DNA of 55,711 bases from Candidatus Omnitrophota bacterium (lineage in GTDB: Bacteria; Omnitrophota; Gorgyraeia; Tantalellales; Tantalellaceae). How positions within the stretch are numbered: position 1 is the first letter of the stretch; every line of letters begins with the position of its first letter. The translations under genes were made by a program, and so were the position numbers. The notes under the pieces were generated by a model, which saw only the letters and a program-made list of their open reading frames with translations, did no database searches and was not told the origin of the DNA. The DNA is taken from assembly GCA_024277375.1 (NCBI GenBank), contig JAJRVD010000062.1, positions 1 through 55,711 of the forward strand, read 5' to 3'. Positions 1 through 9,565 of this stretch are shown here, piece after piece.

Positions 1-270
1 ATCGAACCCGTTTGTCTCGGGCTTGATTTATCAAGCCCCTACAACAAATCAAGACCCTGCATTCTTTGTTTCGTTACGTACTCGCGAACTGCATCTTGTG
101 TAGGGGTTCGATTTATCGAACCCGTTTGTCTCGGGCTTGATTTATCAAGCCCCTACAACAAATCAAGACCCTGCATTCTTTGTTTCGTTACGTGCTCGCG
201 AACTGCATCTTGTGTAGGGGTTCGATTCATCGAACCCGTTTGTCTCGGGCTTGATTTATCAAGCCCCTAC
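1..270. repeat. Tandem array of a 114-bp unit (57-bp REPIN-like double hairpin plus 57-bp linker): 2 full copies plus 1 cut by the window edge
   Basis: Cores GTAGGGGTTCGATnnATCGAACCC-gtttgtctc-GGGCTTGATTTATCAAGCCCCTAC at 100-156 and 214-270, partial at 1-42. Linkers 43-99 and 157-213 differ at one base (a80 vs g194). Confidence 0.9.
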
Positions 271-315
271 AACAAATCAAACCATTCCAACAAATCAAGC
301 CCCTACGGATATTAT

Positions 316-2082
316 TTACAATTTTATTAGATCATCAAACTTAATATCAATACCCAGAACACCAAGAACCTTTCCGGCATCATCACTGATCGGGGAGGCA
401 ACTGTTATGCACAAGAGCCCCGTAAACTTTGAAGTATATAGATCGCTGAAATATACTTTCTCGCTCTTCATGGCTTCGACAAACCATGGCCTGTCGGAAA
501 AATCTCCATGTTCCTGAAAATCTTTCTTATAGGCGGCGGTATCACTGGATTGTGTTATATTTTTTGTTATTTTTTTCCCAGCGGCATCTATTACATATGC
601 CAATCGCATAAACGGATGACTATCTACTATCTTCTGCAGGACAGCTTCCTGTTTAGCGGGATCCATAGACAATATGTCGACATTGCGCACTAGATCTATT
701 ATAAGCTCATATGCCAAACCTCTCGCTTTGGATTTCAGCTCATCAAGTTCCGATTTAAAAAGGTTAGGCAGACACCTTCTGGTCTGCGCTACCATTTCCT
801 GGTTGGATATAGCGGTTGTCCTTAGCCCTTCATATTCCGCGGATACCCATATGTTTATTTTTTTAACTCCGGGATGGCTTTTATCAACCGCCATATCATC
901 CTTAAGCCCGAAAAAACTATTCACCCAGTAAGCAATACCCGCCGTACCGGACTTATCGGTTATAGCTACACCTATCGGACGATTAAGTAACTTAGCCGTG
1001 TCGAATATGTTGTATATCCTCTCGTTCTTTATCCCGCCATCGGCGTGAATACCGGCGCGAGTAACGTTGAACTCCTCCCCTACAAACGGATAATCAGCGG
1101 GAATAGGCGCTTTTATTACGTTCCTGAAATAATTACCTATCTCGGTAATAACTGTAGGGTCTATTCCGCAAAGGTCGCCCTTTAACCCGATATATTCCAT
1201 TATCATCCCCTCTATAGGCGGATTTCCCGTACGCTCACCAAACCCTAATAAAGTACCATTTGCCGCTGAACACCCATACAGCCACGCTGCTTCAGCGTCT
1301 ACCAGAACCTTATGGAAATCGTTATGCCCGTGCCACTCCAAGCGTTCGGAAGGAACACCGCCGTCCTCTATAAGCCCCCTTATCAGCCTCGGCACACTTC
1401 TCGGCAGTATGCTCTCGGCATACGGCAAGCCGTATCCCATCGTATCGCAGGCTCGTATCTTTATTGGGATCTTACTCTCTTCGGAAAGCTTCATAAGTTC
1501 CTGAACGAACGGTATCACAAACCCATAAAAGTCAGCGCGGGTAACATCCTCAAGATGGCAACGAGGGATAATACCCTCGTCCAAAGCGGCCCTTACCACA
1601 TCCAGATAACCCTCCATCGCCTCTTTACGGGTCTTATTCAATTTCAGAAATATATGATAGTCCGACGCCGAGGTAAGTATACCTGTTTCCTTTAAACCCA
1701 TTTGTTTAACAAGCTTAAAATCTTCCTTCTTCGCCCTGATCCATCCGGTGATTTCGGGAAATTCATATCCAAGGTCCCGGCACGCGTCGAGGGCCTCTTT
1801 ATCTTTATCGCTGTACAAGAAATATTCACATTGCCTTATTACGCCGTTATTTCCGCCAAGACGGTGCATATATTTGTATAGCTCAACTATCTGCTCGACC
1901 GTGTAAGGCGGCCGTGCCTGCTGACCATCACGAAAAGTCGTACAGGTTATCCAGAAATCTTTTGGAAGCGCGGGTTTTATACTTTTATCATCGAAAATGA
2001 TTTTCGGGACCTGATCATATTTAAATATGTTTTCATATAATTCAGGTTGCGACACATCTTGAAGTTCGTATTTCATTGCCAT
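316..2082 (-). CDS. HMGL-like synthase (homocitrate / Re-citrate / isopropylmalate synthase family) with C-terminal Cache/PAS-like sensor domain
   Basis: 588-aa ORF. Motifs TTFRDGQQ and WHGHNDFH. The last ~130 aa carry a Cache-type signature (DRPWFVEAM..VYFSDLY..ITVASPI..GKVLGVLGIDI). AAGGAGG lies 7 nt before the ATG. TAA stop. Confidence 0.75.
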   Translation of the reverse strand: MAMKYELQDVSQPELYENIFKYDQVPKIIFDDKSIKPALPKDFWITCTTFRDGQQARPPYTVEQIVELYKYMHRLGGNNGVIRQCEYFLYSDKDKEALDACRDLGYEFPEITGWIRAKKEDFKLVKQMGLKETGILTSASDYHIFLKLNKTRKEAMEGYLDVVRAALDEGIIPRCHLEDVTRADFYGFVIPFVQELMKLSEESKIPIKIRACDTMGYGLPYAESILPRSVPRLIRGLIEDGGVPSERLEWHGHNDFHKVLVDAEAAWLYGCSAANGTLLGFGERTGNPPIEGMIMEYIGLKGDLCGIDPTVITEIGNYFRNVIKAPIPADYPFVGEEFNVTRAGIHADGGIKNERIYNIFDTAKLLNRPIGVAITDKSGTAGIAYWVNSFFGLKDDMAVDKSHPGVKKINIWVSAEYEGLRTTAISNQEMVAQTRRCLPNLFKSELDELKSKARGLAYELIIDLVRNVDILSMDPAKQEAVLQKIVDSHPFMRLAYVIDAAGKKITKNITQSSDTAAYKKDFQEHGDFSDRPWFVEAMKSEKVYFSDLYTSKFTGLLCITVASPISDDAGKVLGVLGIDIKFDDLIKL

Positions 2083-2148
2083 TGTCTAGCCTCCTTAAGT
2101 GCTATGGTGAGTTTATTACATTAGTAGCATTCCGTTATTCAAAGTAAC

Positions 2149-2176
2149 ATTCTATCATATTGACAGATGGTGTCAA
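2149..2176 (-). promoter_or_regulatory. Sigma70-type promoter of the synthase gene
   Basis: Minus strand reads TTGACA-16 nt-TAGAAT, about 65 nt upstream of the ATG. The -35 box sits inside the palindrome TTGACAgatggTGTCAA (2160-2176). Confidence 0.5.
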
Positions 2177-2187
2177 TTACTACAATT

Positions 2188-2229
2188 AAAACCAAATACA
2201 GGACCCTGGGTCCTGTATTTGGTTTTTTT
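2188..2229 (-). terminator. Intrinsic terminator after ccsA (hairpin flanked by A/T runs on both sides, potentially bidirectional)
   Basis: Inverted repeat ACCAAATACAGGACCC / GGGTCCTGTATTTGGT followed by TTTTTTT, 35 nt downstream of the ccsA stop. Confidence 0.75.
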
Positions 2230-2260
2230 ACACTTAACTGGATAAATAAAAAAATAGGAA

Positions 2261-3055
2261 TTACGAATAGCTGTGAATTGTCGCGGGAAATAACAAATTT
2301 ACTCCTATGTAGGTGAAAATAACCGCTATAAAGCCCAGCGCTGCCAATATCGCGGCGTACCTACCCGTAAGCTCCCGTGTATGCCGCAAATGCAGACATC
2401 CGGCATAGATAAGCCATGTAACCAGGGCCCAGACCTCTTTCGCGTCCCAACTCCAGAATCTCCCCCAGCTAATACTTGCCCAAATTGCCCCACAGGTGAT
2501 CCCTACGGTTAAAAACGGAAATCCCAGATCTATTACACGAAAAATAATCCCTTCCAGCCTGTCCAGGAACTCCTCAAAATCTTTTCCCTTGTTCTTTCTA
2601 ATCGATAATACGAGAAAGATGAGGCTTACTCCAAAACCGATCGCGAAACTGGCGTATGCTATAAAATACGCGACTACATGAATGATCAGCCACGAACTTC
2701 GCAAAGAAGGCATCAAAGGCTGTATATCGGCGGAGAGAAATACAGAAAAAATTAATATGGAAATAGTTACAAGATCGGAGAACACCCTTATTCCCACGAT
2801 CTTGTATCTGCAAAAAAGCATGCTCCCCATTAGAGCCGTCATCCACGCGAACACAAGAAGCGTTTCATAGGTATCCGTTAATGGAAACCTGCGCGCCTCA
2901 ACTCCACGCAAGACAATAAACCCCAAATGCGTCAAGAGAGCAAGAAATAACACGGTTTTGTCTATCCACCGGAAAACACTCCGTTCCGCCCGTCGCGTCG
3001 CGAGGAACACACAGAGAGAAACAGCATAGAATATTATGAGATACGATAACCGCAT
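2261..3055 (-). CDS. ccsA: System II cytochrome c biogenesis protein CcsA/ResC
   Basis: 264-aa polytopic membrane ORF with Trp-rich WWD-type motif WGRFWSWDAKEVWALVTW. Lies 12 nt downstream of the resB-like gene. Confidence 0.85.
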   Translation of the reverse strand: MRLSYLIIFYAVSLCVFLATRRAERSVFRWIDKTVLFLALLTHLGFIVLRGVEARRFPLTDTYETLLVFAWMTALMGSMLFCRYKIVGIRVFSDLVTISILIFSVFLSADIQPLMPSLRSSWLIIHVVAYFIAYASFAIGFGVSLIFLVLSIRKNKGKDFEEFLDRLEGIIFRVIDLGFPFLTVGITCGAIWASISWGRFWSWDAKEVWALVTWLIYAGCLHLRHTRELTGRYAAILAALGFIAVIFTYIGVNLLFPATIHSYS

Positions 3056-3066
3056 AATGAATTAGA

Positions 3067-4392
3067 TCACACTAACATAAATTTCTGAAATTTTTCTTTA
3101 ACTTTATTCATCTCCCGTTCAAACTCAACCATATTTTTAGTTTTTTGTATACTACACTTTACGGTAAGCCCCTCCGTCCCTCCGTCCGCGTAAAAACTTA
3201 CAATAACGCAGCGATAAAACTTATAACATGAAAGAAAAGAACCTGCAACCAAAAGAATTAAACCAAGATACGTAATATATTCCGCCGGATTCTTCGTAAA
3301 TTTAATGCCTGATGTATTCCTGATACGAAGTTTATTTATTCGCATTTTCCATTGTTGCCCATTATCGACGTCATGAGACGTTCCACTATCACGAAACACC
3401 CAGCCTTCTTGAATTACTTTTTCAGATGAACCGGGAGAATAAATTCGCGCATAACAGGCCGGGTTTTCCGGAGAATAGCTGCGAGAAGTAACATTTCCCT
3501 TCGCGTCAATAATAAAATTCGGAACAAAATCTGTTACCTCAATACCTATATCCGGATCTTTCAGGATCACACGCTCATTCACCTCAGTTGGGACAATGTT
3601 TATAAGCTTGATCCCCGACTGCCCGAACAAAGCAATATCCAATTTTTCCAGATCATAATTGAACCTCATCTGATATAGCCGGAAACCATCAACCCTGAGC
3701 GGGGCATTTACTTTCAATGTATGCCATTCGACGGGAGCGGAGGGTCTATTTACACGCAAACGGCTAAAGTACTCCTCAGCTATTTCCTTTTTATTCGAGG
3801 GTATTACGGAAAATTTCTCTAATTTTATCGAAGTTTCCGTGCCCTCAAGTTTTACTACTTCACCCTCTTTTATATTCCGGTCATAAAATATACCCGCTTT
3901 CGAGGTAATGATGCCCGCTACCAGCAAAACAGCGATACCAAAATGTAACAAATGCGCACCGAAGACGCCGATCTTGGACTTTTCAAACAATAAAGATCCT
4001 CCATCCGCATTTCCCCCGGAAGCAATAGTTTTTTTGTATCTCTTGCCGAATAAAATTTCTTCAAACAGATCTACTATCTTTTTTCTGTTCTCACCGGAAA
4101 TATTGAAAGAGAAAATTGTTTTTGTATCTCCCCCCCTCCGCGGCACTTCCCTACGCGCGGAATATAGACCAAAAAGAGCGGGAACTCTTCTCGCGGAACA
4201 ATACAACATCATAAAAACAAGATATGAAAGAGAAAACAGGAACCATGCGCTCTGGAAGATATGGATAGATACCGTTGAAACGCCAACAAGACAGATCACG
4301 CAAACAAACAGTATAAGAGCTATGCTAAGTGGAATAGAAAGAAATATCTTATCACATAACCCAACGCACCGGTTGATCAAATTTTTTAGCAT
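3067..4392 (-). CDS. resB: System II cytochrome c biogenesis protein ResB/CcsB
   Basis: 441 aa. N-terminal TM helices, large soluble central region, C-terminal TM helix. Canonical pairing with ccsA. Confidence 0.7.
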   Translation of the reverse strand: MLKNLINRCVGLCDKIFLSIPLSIALILFVCVICLVGVSTVSIHIFQSAWFLFSLSYLVFMMLYCSARRVPALFGLYSARREVPRRGGDTKTIFSFNISGENRKKIVDLFEEILFGKRYKKTIASGGNADGGSLLFEKSKIGVFGAHLLHFGIAVLLVAGIITSKAGIFYDRNIKEGEVVKLEGTETSIKLEKFSVIPSNKKEIAEEYFSRLRVNRPSAPVEWHTLKVNAPLRVDGFRLYQMRFNYDLEKLDIALFGQSGIKLINIVPTEVNERVILKDPDIGIEVTDFVPNFIIDAKGNVTSRSYSPENPACYARIYSPGSSEKVIQEGWVFRDSGTSHDVDNGQQWKMRINKLRIRNTSGIKFTKNPAEYITYLGLILLVAGSFLSCYKFYRCVIVSFYADGGTEGLTVKCSIQKTKNMVEFEREMNKVKEKFQKFMLV

Positions 4393-4416
4393 AGCTCACA
4401 CATCTGACAGTAAGTT

Positions 4417-6459
4417 TTAGAATGTCCAGCCACAACTCAGGTTGACCGCTATACCGGAATAATCGTCAAACCCCTTATATCCGCTCCCCCCCACAGTATA
4501 ATTGGCGCTGGATTTTTCATCAAATCTGAACAGATCTACGCGGAGACCTATGCTGCCATTTTCGCACCAGTCGTAAGCTATCCCTCCGCCCACTTCGTCA
4601 AGTCCGCTTTGTACCGTACCATATTCCTCCGTATGCTGATATCTAAGATTTGTAGAAACCTTGTCATTGATCCTATAGTTGGCATTGGTAGATATCAGAA
4701 ATCTGTTAGCTTCGTAATCAAAATCGCTGGGATTATGAGTAAACGTAGGATTAGCACTATCCGCGACGGCGGGACTCTTTAAAAAGTATTTCTCCCACAT
4801 CCCCAGAAGGGTCATAGTTAGTTTTTCCGTAACGGTACCTGTTAAATTAGTCGAAAATCGATTTCTTGTAAGCTCCTGGCCCGCCATACCCTGCATTTCG
4901 TATTGCAGATCATTCCTTTCAAAATAATATTCCATTCCCCCTGTGATCCGATCCGATATAACGGTAAAATAACTGATCGATGCCTGATCAATATCCTGGT
5001 CAGAATCTCCCATATATCCGGGATAAACATTCGGCAGATTGTCTATTATGTTCGTATAATCCCTGCTCTTCCAAGATCGTTTGTACATAGCGGCTACCTT
5101 ATTCTTACTGTTGATCCTATGGGACACGTTAAATTTAGCGATAACATCGCTATAATCAATATCAGAGTTGCGATCTATTGCCGTGCCTAATCCAAAATTG
5201 GTATTCAATTCATGGGACCCGATATCGTCACATTCATCCCAACTCAACCTTCTCTGCTCCAGTTCTACAACCGCGGATATGTTCGTCTTTTTTATGCCCG
5301 TATAGGATAATGATATACTTTCACCATACTGTTGTTCAGTCAACGTTGACTGCTGTCTCCTTCCGGCCGGTGATTTTACCCCATATGATTCAGATTCAAC
5401 TCTGGCTGTCTCAAACCGACTATTCACGCCCCAACGCAAGCCGTCTATCAACCCGTCAAGAATAACCACTCCAAGGTTTATAGTATGCGCGTTACGTCGG
5501 TTATTTACACTGGGATCTACATACTGAGCCCGAGCGTTACCCGTAAGATTGTCTCTATAAACCGTCCGAGTCGACTCATTTACCAGATTTTGATACAAAT
5601 AATTTGAGACGACAAAGATCTTCTCCGACCAGAAACTATCATACGCCAAATGGGTCAATAATTCCGTAAATTGCGGAAAGTCCACAAAATGCCTGTCCTG
5701 GTTCCATTGAGGCATCGACCGATAACGCGGAAAGGTAATATCCTGATCGTCACGATATTGTTCGTATTGCTGTTTTAAGCTAACATTATGTTTATCACCG
5801 AATTGCTCTGACAATTTCACAAAGATCGTATCGCTGTACCCGTCCACCCGAGACATAGCGGGAACTGAACGTAAATTCGGTTGACGTGGTGTCGAGTTAG
5901 TAACGGCTACATCCGACCCTCTGGCTAATGTCTCCTCACCACTTCTTTCCCATCTGGTCCAACCGAACGAAATATCCGGCATATTATCATTGAAAAACCC
6001 AAACTCCAAGTCAGCGTTCACTCTTTCTACGTATATGTCGCTGTCGCTTATATCAGCACGGCTATTACTCATGCCATAATCTTGAGGCTGCCATGGCTCA
6101 TTAGAACCGGCATAGTATCTACGCGTCTTATCCGCGCTGAAATTGAAAAAATATGAGTCCTCTTTTAACAGCTTCAAGTCCACTCTGTAGTCGTAATCGA
6201 ATATCGAGCGTACGGAAAGATCTAGGGTCGCTCCGTCAAAATCTCCGGACGCGACAAATTCCTCAAGTCCGCCGGTATAGCCATCGGTCATATAATTATC
6301 TTCCCTATAACGGCCCGCATCACCTTGAATGGCCACAAATTGAGACCCAACCACGGCCTTTTCAACTAGCAATCCCGGCTCTTGAGAATACCCTTCCACA
6401 GCATTTATGAACAGTAGGGTACCGACAACTAACAGAATAAGGGTTAGTTTACGACACAT
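4417..6459 (-). CDS. Large outer-membrane beta-barrel; putative MtrB/PioB-like porin partner of the adjacent multihaem cytochrome
   Basis: Start moved to ATG 6459 (AAGGAGG 7 nt upstream; signal peptide MCRKLTLILLVVGTLLFINAVEG). About 680 aa, rich in Tyr/Asp/Asn/Gly. C-terminus ...SCGWTF has the terminal Phe typical of OM barrels. Confidence 0.55.
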   Translation of the reverse strand: MCRKLTLILLVVGTLLFINAVEGYSQEPGLLVEKAVVGSQFVAIQGDAGRYREDNYMTDGYTGGLEEFVASGDFDGATLDLSVRSIFDYDYRVDLKLLKEDSYFFNFSADKTRRYYAGSNEPWQPQDYGMSNSRADISDSDIYVERVNADLEFGFFNDNMPDISFGWTRWERSGEETLARGSDVAVTNSTPRQPNLRSVPAMSRVDGYSDTIFVKLSEQFGDKHNVSLKQQYEQYRDDQDITFPRYRSMPQWNQDRHFVDFPQFTELLTHLAYDSFWSEKIFVVSNYLYQNLVNESTRTVYRDNLTGNARAQYVDPSVNNRRNAHTINLGVVILDGLIDGLRWGVNSRFETARVESESYGVKSPAGRRQQSTLTEQQYGESISLSYTGIKKTNISAVVELEQRRLSWDECDDIGSHELNTNFGLGTAIDRNSDIDYSDVIAKFNVSHRINSKNKVAAMYKRSWKSRDYTNIIDNLPNVYPGYMGDSDQDIDQASISYFTVISDRITGGMEYYFERNDLQYEMQGMAGQELTRNRFSTNLTGTVTEKLTMTLLGMWEKYFLKSPAVADSANPTFTHNPSDFDYEANRFLISTNANYRINDKVSTNLRYQHTEEYGTVQSGLDEVGGGIAYDWCENGSIGLRVDLFRFDEKSSANYTVGGSGYKGFDDYSGIAVNLSCGWTF

Positions 6460-6487
6460 TGCGCTACCTCCTTTATTTACACTATCA

Positions 6488-7270
6488 TTACCTATTGAAT
6501 GTTCTCCAAATATTCGATCCATGTGGCGCTCTGTGGTGATCAATACATTCCTGCCCCCTGCCTATAAAGTAGTCACCACCGCCGCCAGCATTAACACCAT
6601 GCGGAACACCACCAAGACCACCGTTTACGTTATTAAACGAAGGTTCCCAATGACAACGCAAACATAAACTTGTCTGGTCGGCGATCAACAACTTGTCATA
6701 TACCGTTCCATGCGGATTATGACAGGTCTGACATCCATCACGCATCGGATCGTGCTCAAAAACGAACGGACCCTTGAGCTCTTTATGACATTTAAAACAT
6801 GCTTGATCAGACTTCTGCAACGCTACCACGCTAAGAGTTTCTATCTCCGAACCATGGAGATTATGACAATCAGAACAGCTCATCCTTCCTTCCAAAACCG
6901 GATGATGGTGCTGCAATTGGAATTGTGCTTTTTTGGCCATATGACAGTTGAAACACTGCTCCGAAGAATTACGGATAATATCTCTTTTGTTCGCGCTATC
7001 CGCGTGCACACTCCCGGGGCCGTGACAACTTTCACACCCGCCGCCAAGACCTTCTTCGGAATCGACCACATTCGCGTAATGTGAAGTCAATTTAAAACGT
7101 TTACCCGTATCTTCATGACACCCCAGACAAGTCGACATGCCTACATATTCTCTAGTCTCTTCTTCGGCAGAAAAGGCCACCGGAGCGAACATACACAACA
7201 AAGTCAATACGATCAACAGCGTAGCGATCCTTAGCCCCGTAGCCTCTCTAACCAGAAACTTCTTTGACAT
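6488..7270 (-). CDS. Periplasmic multihaem c-type cytochrome (7 CxxCH)
   Basis: Start moved to ATG 7270 (AAGGAGG upstream; signal peptide ending AFSAEE). Motifs CLGCH, CESCH, CFNCH, CSDCH, CFKCH, CQTCH, CLRCH, plus a C-terminal CIDHH..HGSN. Confidence 0.9.
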   Translation of the reverse strand: MSKKFLVREATGLRIATLLIVLTLLCMFAPVAFSAEEETREYVGMSTCLGCHEDTGKRFKLTSHYANVVDSEEGLGGGCESCHGPGSVHADSANKRDIIRNSSEQCFNCHMAKKAQFQLQHHHPVLEGRMSCSDCHNLHGSEIETLSVVALQKSDQACFKCHKELKGPFVFEHDPMRDGCQTCHNPHGTVYDKLLIADQTSLCLRCHWEPSFNNVNGGLGGVPHGVNAGGGGDYFIGRGQECIDHHRAPHGSNIWRTFNR

Positions 7271-7435
7271 AACCCCTCCTTTTAAGGATACCCAATTGTA
7301 TATACATTTTGATATGAATATTTGGCTCAAGTATACCTAACTGTTTACGAAATTACAAATGTTTGAAATAAAAAAAACGGCAGAACCTATTGGATTAGCG
7401 AAGTTATGCCGTTTTATGTTTCGTTAAAAGAATGT

Positions 7436-7465
7436 GCAGGAGCATGGCGGCATGCCGTGCCCTGC
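7436..7465. repeat. GGCATGCC-centred palindromic hairpin (degenerate copy)
   Basis: GCAGG..GGCGGCATGCCGTGCC..CCTGC, immediately 3' of the polyprenyl synthase stop. Related to the copies at 22889 and 24142. Confidence 0.6.
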
Positions 7466-7469
7466 CCCA

Positions 7470-8468
7470 TTAAACACCCTCAAACCCCCTGTAGATCACA
7501 AAATCCGCTAAATTTATAAGGCTATCTTTGTACGGGGAGGCCCCCAGCTCGTCAACACTCTTTTTTGCCATGATCGAAAAAGAAAGCGCGTCTTTTTTTG
7601 TCCTCTCCGAAGCGTCGGTTTTGAGTATCTCTTTCCTTATCCTGGTCAAACATTCTCCTCCTCTCTTTGACACGATTAAACTCTTTATCTCTTCACGAGT
7701 CGGCGAAGGCACGGCTTCCAGCAAGTTTAGAACAGGCAGGGTTACCTCACCTATACCAATATCCTGGCCCGGTTTTTTCCCAAGATTTCTTTCCTCGGCC
7801 ATCAGGTCTTGATAATCATCGACTATCTGAAAAGCTATCCCAAAATTCATGCCGTACTGTTTCAAATTTTCCTGTAAAGATTTTTTGCAATTCGAGGCCA
7901 ACGCGCCGGAATGACAGGACGCGACAAAAAGACTCGCTGTTTTCTTTTTAACAATGGTCATATATCTCTCTTTAAGAAGATCCATATCTCCTCTGTGAGA
8001 TATCTGAAAAAATTCACCTTCACACATAGCTTTGGTAGCGGCACTAAAACAATGTATTATATCCGAAGTCGCGGAATCGGCAATAATCTCAAATGCCACT
8101 GAATAAAGATAATCCCCGAACGCGATAGAAACATCGTCTCCCCACTTAGAATTGACCGTGGGTTTATTTCGCCTGAGATCCGAGTGATCCATCACGTCGT
8201 CGTGTATCAATGAGGCCGTGTGAACCAATTCCATGGCCGCGGCGATCTCGGTAATCTTTTTTCCGAGATCCGGAACCGTATCAGACGCCAACGCTTTCGC
8301 GGAAAGTATAACCAGGGCCGGCCGGATCCTTTTGCCGGGCGACTCTATCAGAAAATTTCCAATGTCATCAATAAAATCATCGCCAGCCCCGGAAAGAGAC
8401 TTTTTCAGGATCCGATCAACCTGGTTGAATTCTTTTTCTATGGGTTTGTATATCTCTTTTAAATTCAT
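7470..8468 (-). CDS. Long-chain polyprenyl diphosphate synthase
   Basis: 332 aa with the two Asp-rich motifs LIHDDVMD and FQIVDDYQD. Confidence 0.9.
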   Translation of the reverse strand: MNLKEIYKPIEKEFNQVDRILKKSLSGAGDDFIDDIGNFLIESPGKRIRPALVILSAKALASDTVPDLGKKITEIAAAMELVHTASLIHDDVMDHSDLRRNKPTVNSKWGDDVSIAFGDYLYSVAFEIIADSATSDIIHCFSAATKAMCEGEFFQISHRGDMDLLKERYMTIVKKKTASLFVASCHSGALASNCKKSLQENLKQYGMNFGIAFQIVDDYQDLMAEERNLGKKPGQDIGIGEVTLPVLNLLEAVPSPTREEIKSLIVSKRGGECLTRIRKEILKTDASERTKKDALSFSIMAKKSVDELGASPYKDSLINLADFVIYRGFEGV

Positions 8469-8515
8469 TTTTTTATTTCATTAGAGATTGCTTCGTCACT
8501 TCGTTCCTCGCGATC

Positions 8516-8636
8516 GGGCTGTGTCGTAACTCGTTTCGCGGGTGGCCGCATACAACATACTGTAGGGGTTCGATTCATCGAACCCGATATAACGGGCTTG
8601 ATAAATCAAGCCCCTACATTATGACACAGTCTGATT
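8516..8636. repeat. REPIN-like double hairpin with truncated flanking arms
   Basis: Core 8562-8617: GTAGGGGTTCGATTCATCGAACCC-gatataac-GGGCTTGATAAATCAAGCCCCTAC. Flanks gggctgtgtcgtaac... and ...attatgacacagtctgat are shared with other copies. Confidence 0.9.
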
Positions 8637-8650
8637 GACGAAGAAGCGAA

Positions 8651-9565
8651 CTAAAATACTTTATCTAGCACCAATCCGGCGCACAATAAAAGCCCTACCA
8701 GTAAATGCAACCCTATCGTACCGGCATTTGCCGGGGAGAGTTCTTCGATCTTATCAAAATTTTTACTAGAGACCAAAACTATTTTCGCGACTACGGGTAA
8801 GGTCAAAAACGTGACCAGGCATGCCCACGGAAGGTATCCTACTATCATTAGGAGAAGAACCGACACGTAAGTCGCGCAAAGAAGAATATAATACCCCACA
8901 ATGGCCTTTTTCTTTCCAAGCTTAACTACGAGCGTCTGTTTATTGACTGACTTATCGGCTACATAATCTGGAAACTCATTTATATACACAACAAGCGCGA
9001 TCAGTATAGCTATCGGGATAGACACAAGCGGCACTCTTCCTGAAAGGCTCTGGGCCTGAACATAGTACGCGCCGGTTATCACTATTGGTCCAAATCCCAA
9101 ACCTACAACTAATTCACCAAACCCGCGATACCCGATACGTATGGGATCCGCGGTATAAAAAAATCCAAAGGCACAACCGGCAAGTCCCAAAAACAGTATG
9201 ATGTTCCCCTGTCGCACCGAATTGAGATACAACCCTATTGCCACCCCCAGCGTAAAAAATGTCAATGCGGCGCATAATATCTTCTTAGGAGTAATGCACC
9301 CATCCTGGATAACGCGGCTTCCACCTGAAAATGGCGTAGGGGCCTGATTATTCGCGTCATTACCACTTTTGTGATCATAATAGTCGTTAGTAAGGTTTGT
9401 TCCTATGTGAATAAAGGCAACGCCGATAAACGTTAAAAAGAATAAAGACCACTTCAAAGAACCCGTATCATGCCAAGCGTAGACCACTCCAAAAAGAACA
9501 GGTATAAGTGTAGCCGTAAGAAATGGTAACCTACAAGCTTTAAGCCAGGCTTTAAAATTCGTCAT
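8651..9565 (-). CDS. menA: UbiA-family prenyltransferase, probably 1,4-dihydroxy-2-naphthoate polyprenyltransferase
   Basis: Polytopic membrane ORF with NDYYDHKSGND motif. ATG 9565 preferred over GTG 9589. Adjacent to the polyprenyl synthase. Confidence 0.7.
   Translation of the reverse strand: MTNFKAWLKACRLPFLTATLIPVLFGVVYAWHDTGSLKWSLFFLTFIGVAFIHIGTNLTNDYYDHKSGNDANNQAPTPFSGGSRVIQDGCITPKKILCAALTFFTLGVAIGLYLNSVRQGNIILFLGLAGCAFGFFYTADPIRIGYRGFGELVVGLGFGPIVITGAYYVQAQSLSGRVPLVSIPIAILIALVVYINEFPDYVADKSVNKQTLVVKLGKKKAIVGYYILLCATYVSVLLLMIVGYLPWACLVTFLTLPVVAKIVLVSSKNFDKIEELSPANAGTIGLHLLVGLLLCAGLVLDKVF

Noticed and set aside
1-308. Regularly spaced 57-bp repeats that superficially resemble a CRISPR array
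   Set aside because: The spacers are near-identical to each other, so this is a tandem duplication. The repeat is the same double hairpin scattered singly through the window, and no cas genes are present.
251-517. ORFs 251-517 (+), 46651-46905 (-) and the first ~30 codons of ORF 10637-11332 (-)
   Set aside because: They are translations of the REPIN/MITE repeats (recurring peptide ..RYNG(F/L)DES(N/S)PY..). They have no RBS and lie in intergenic repeat DNA.
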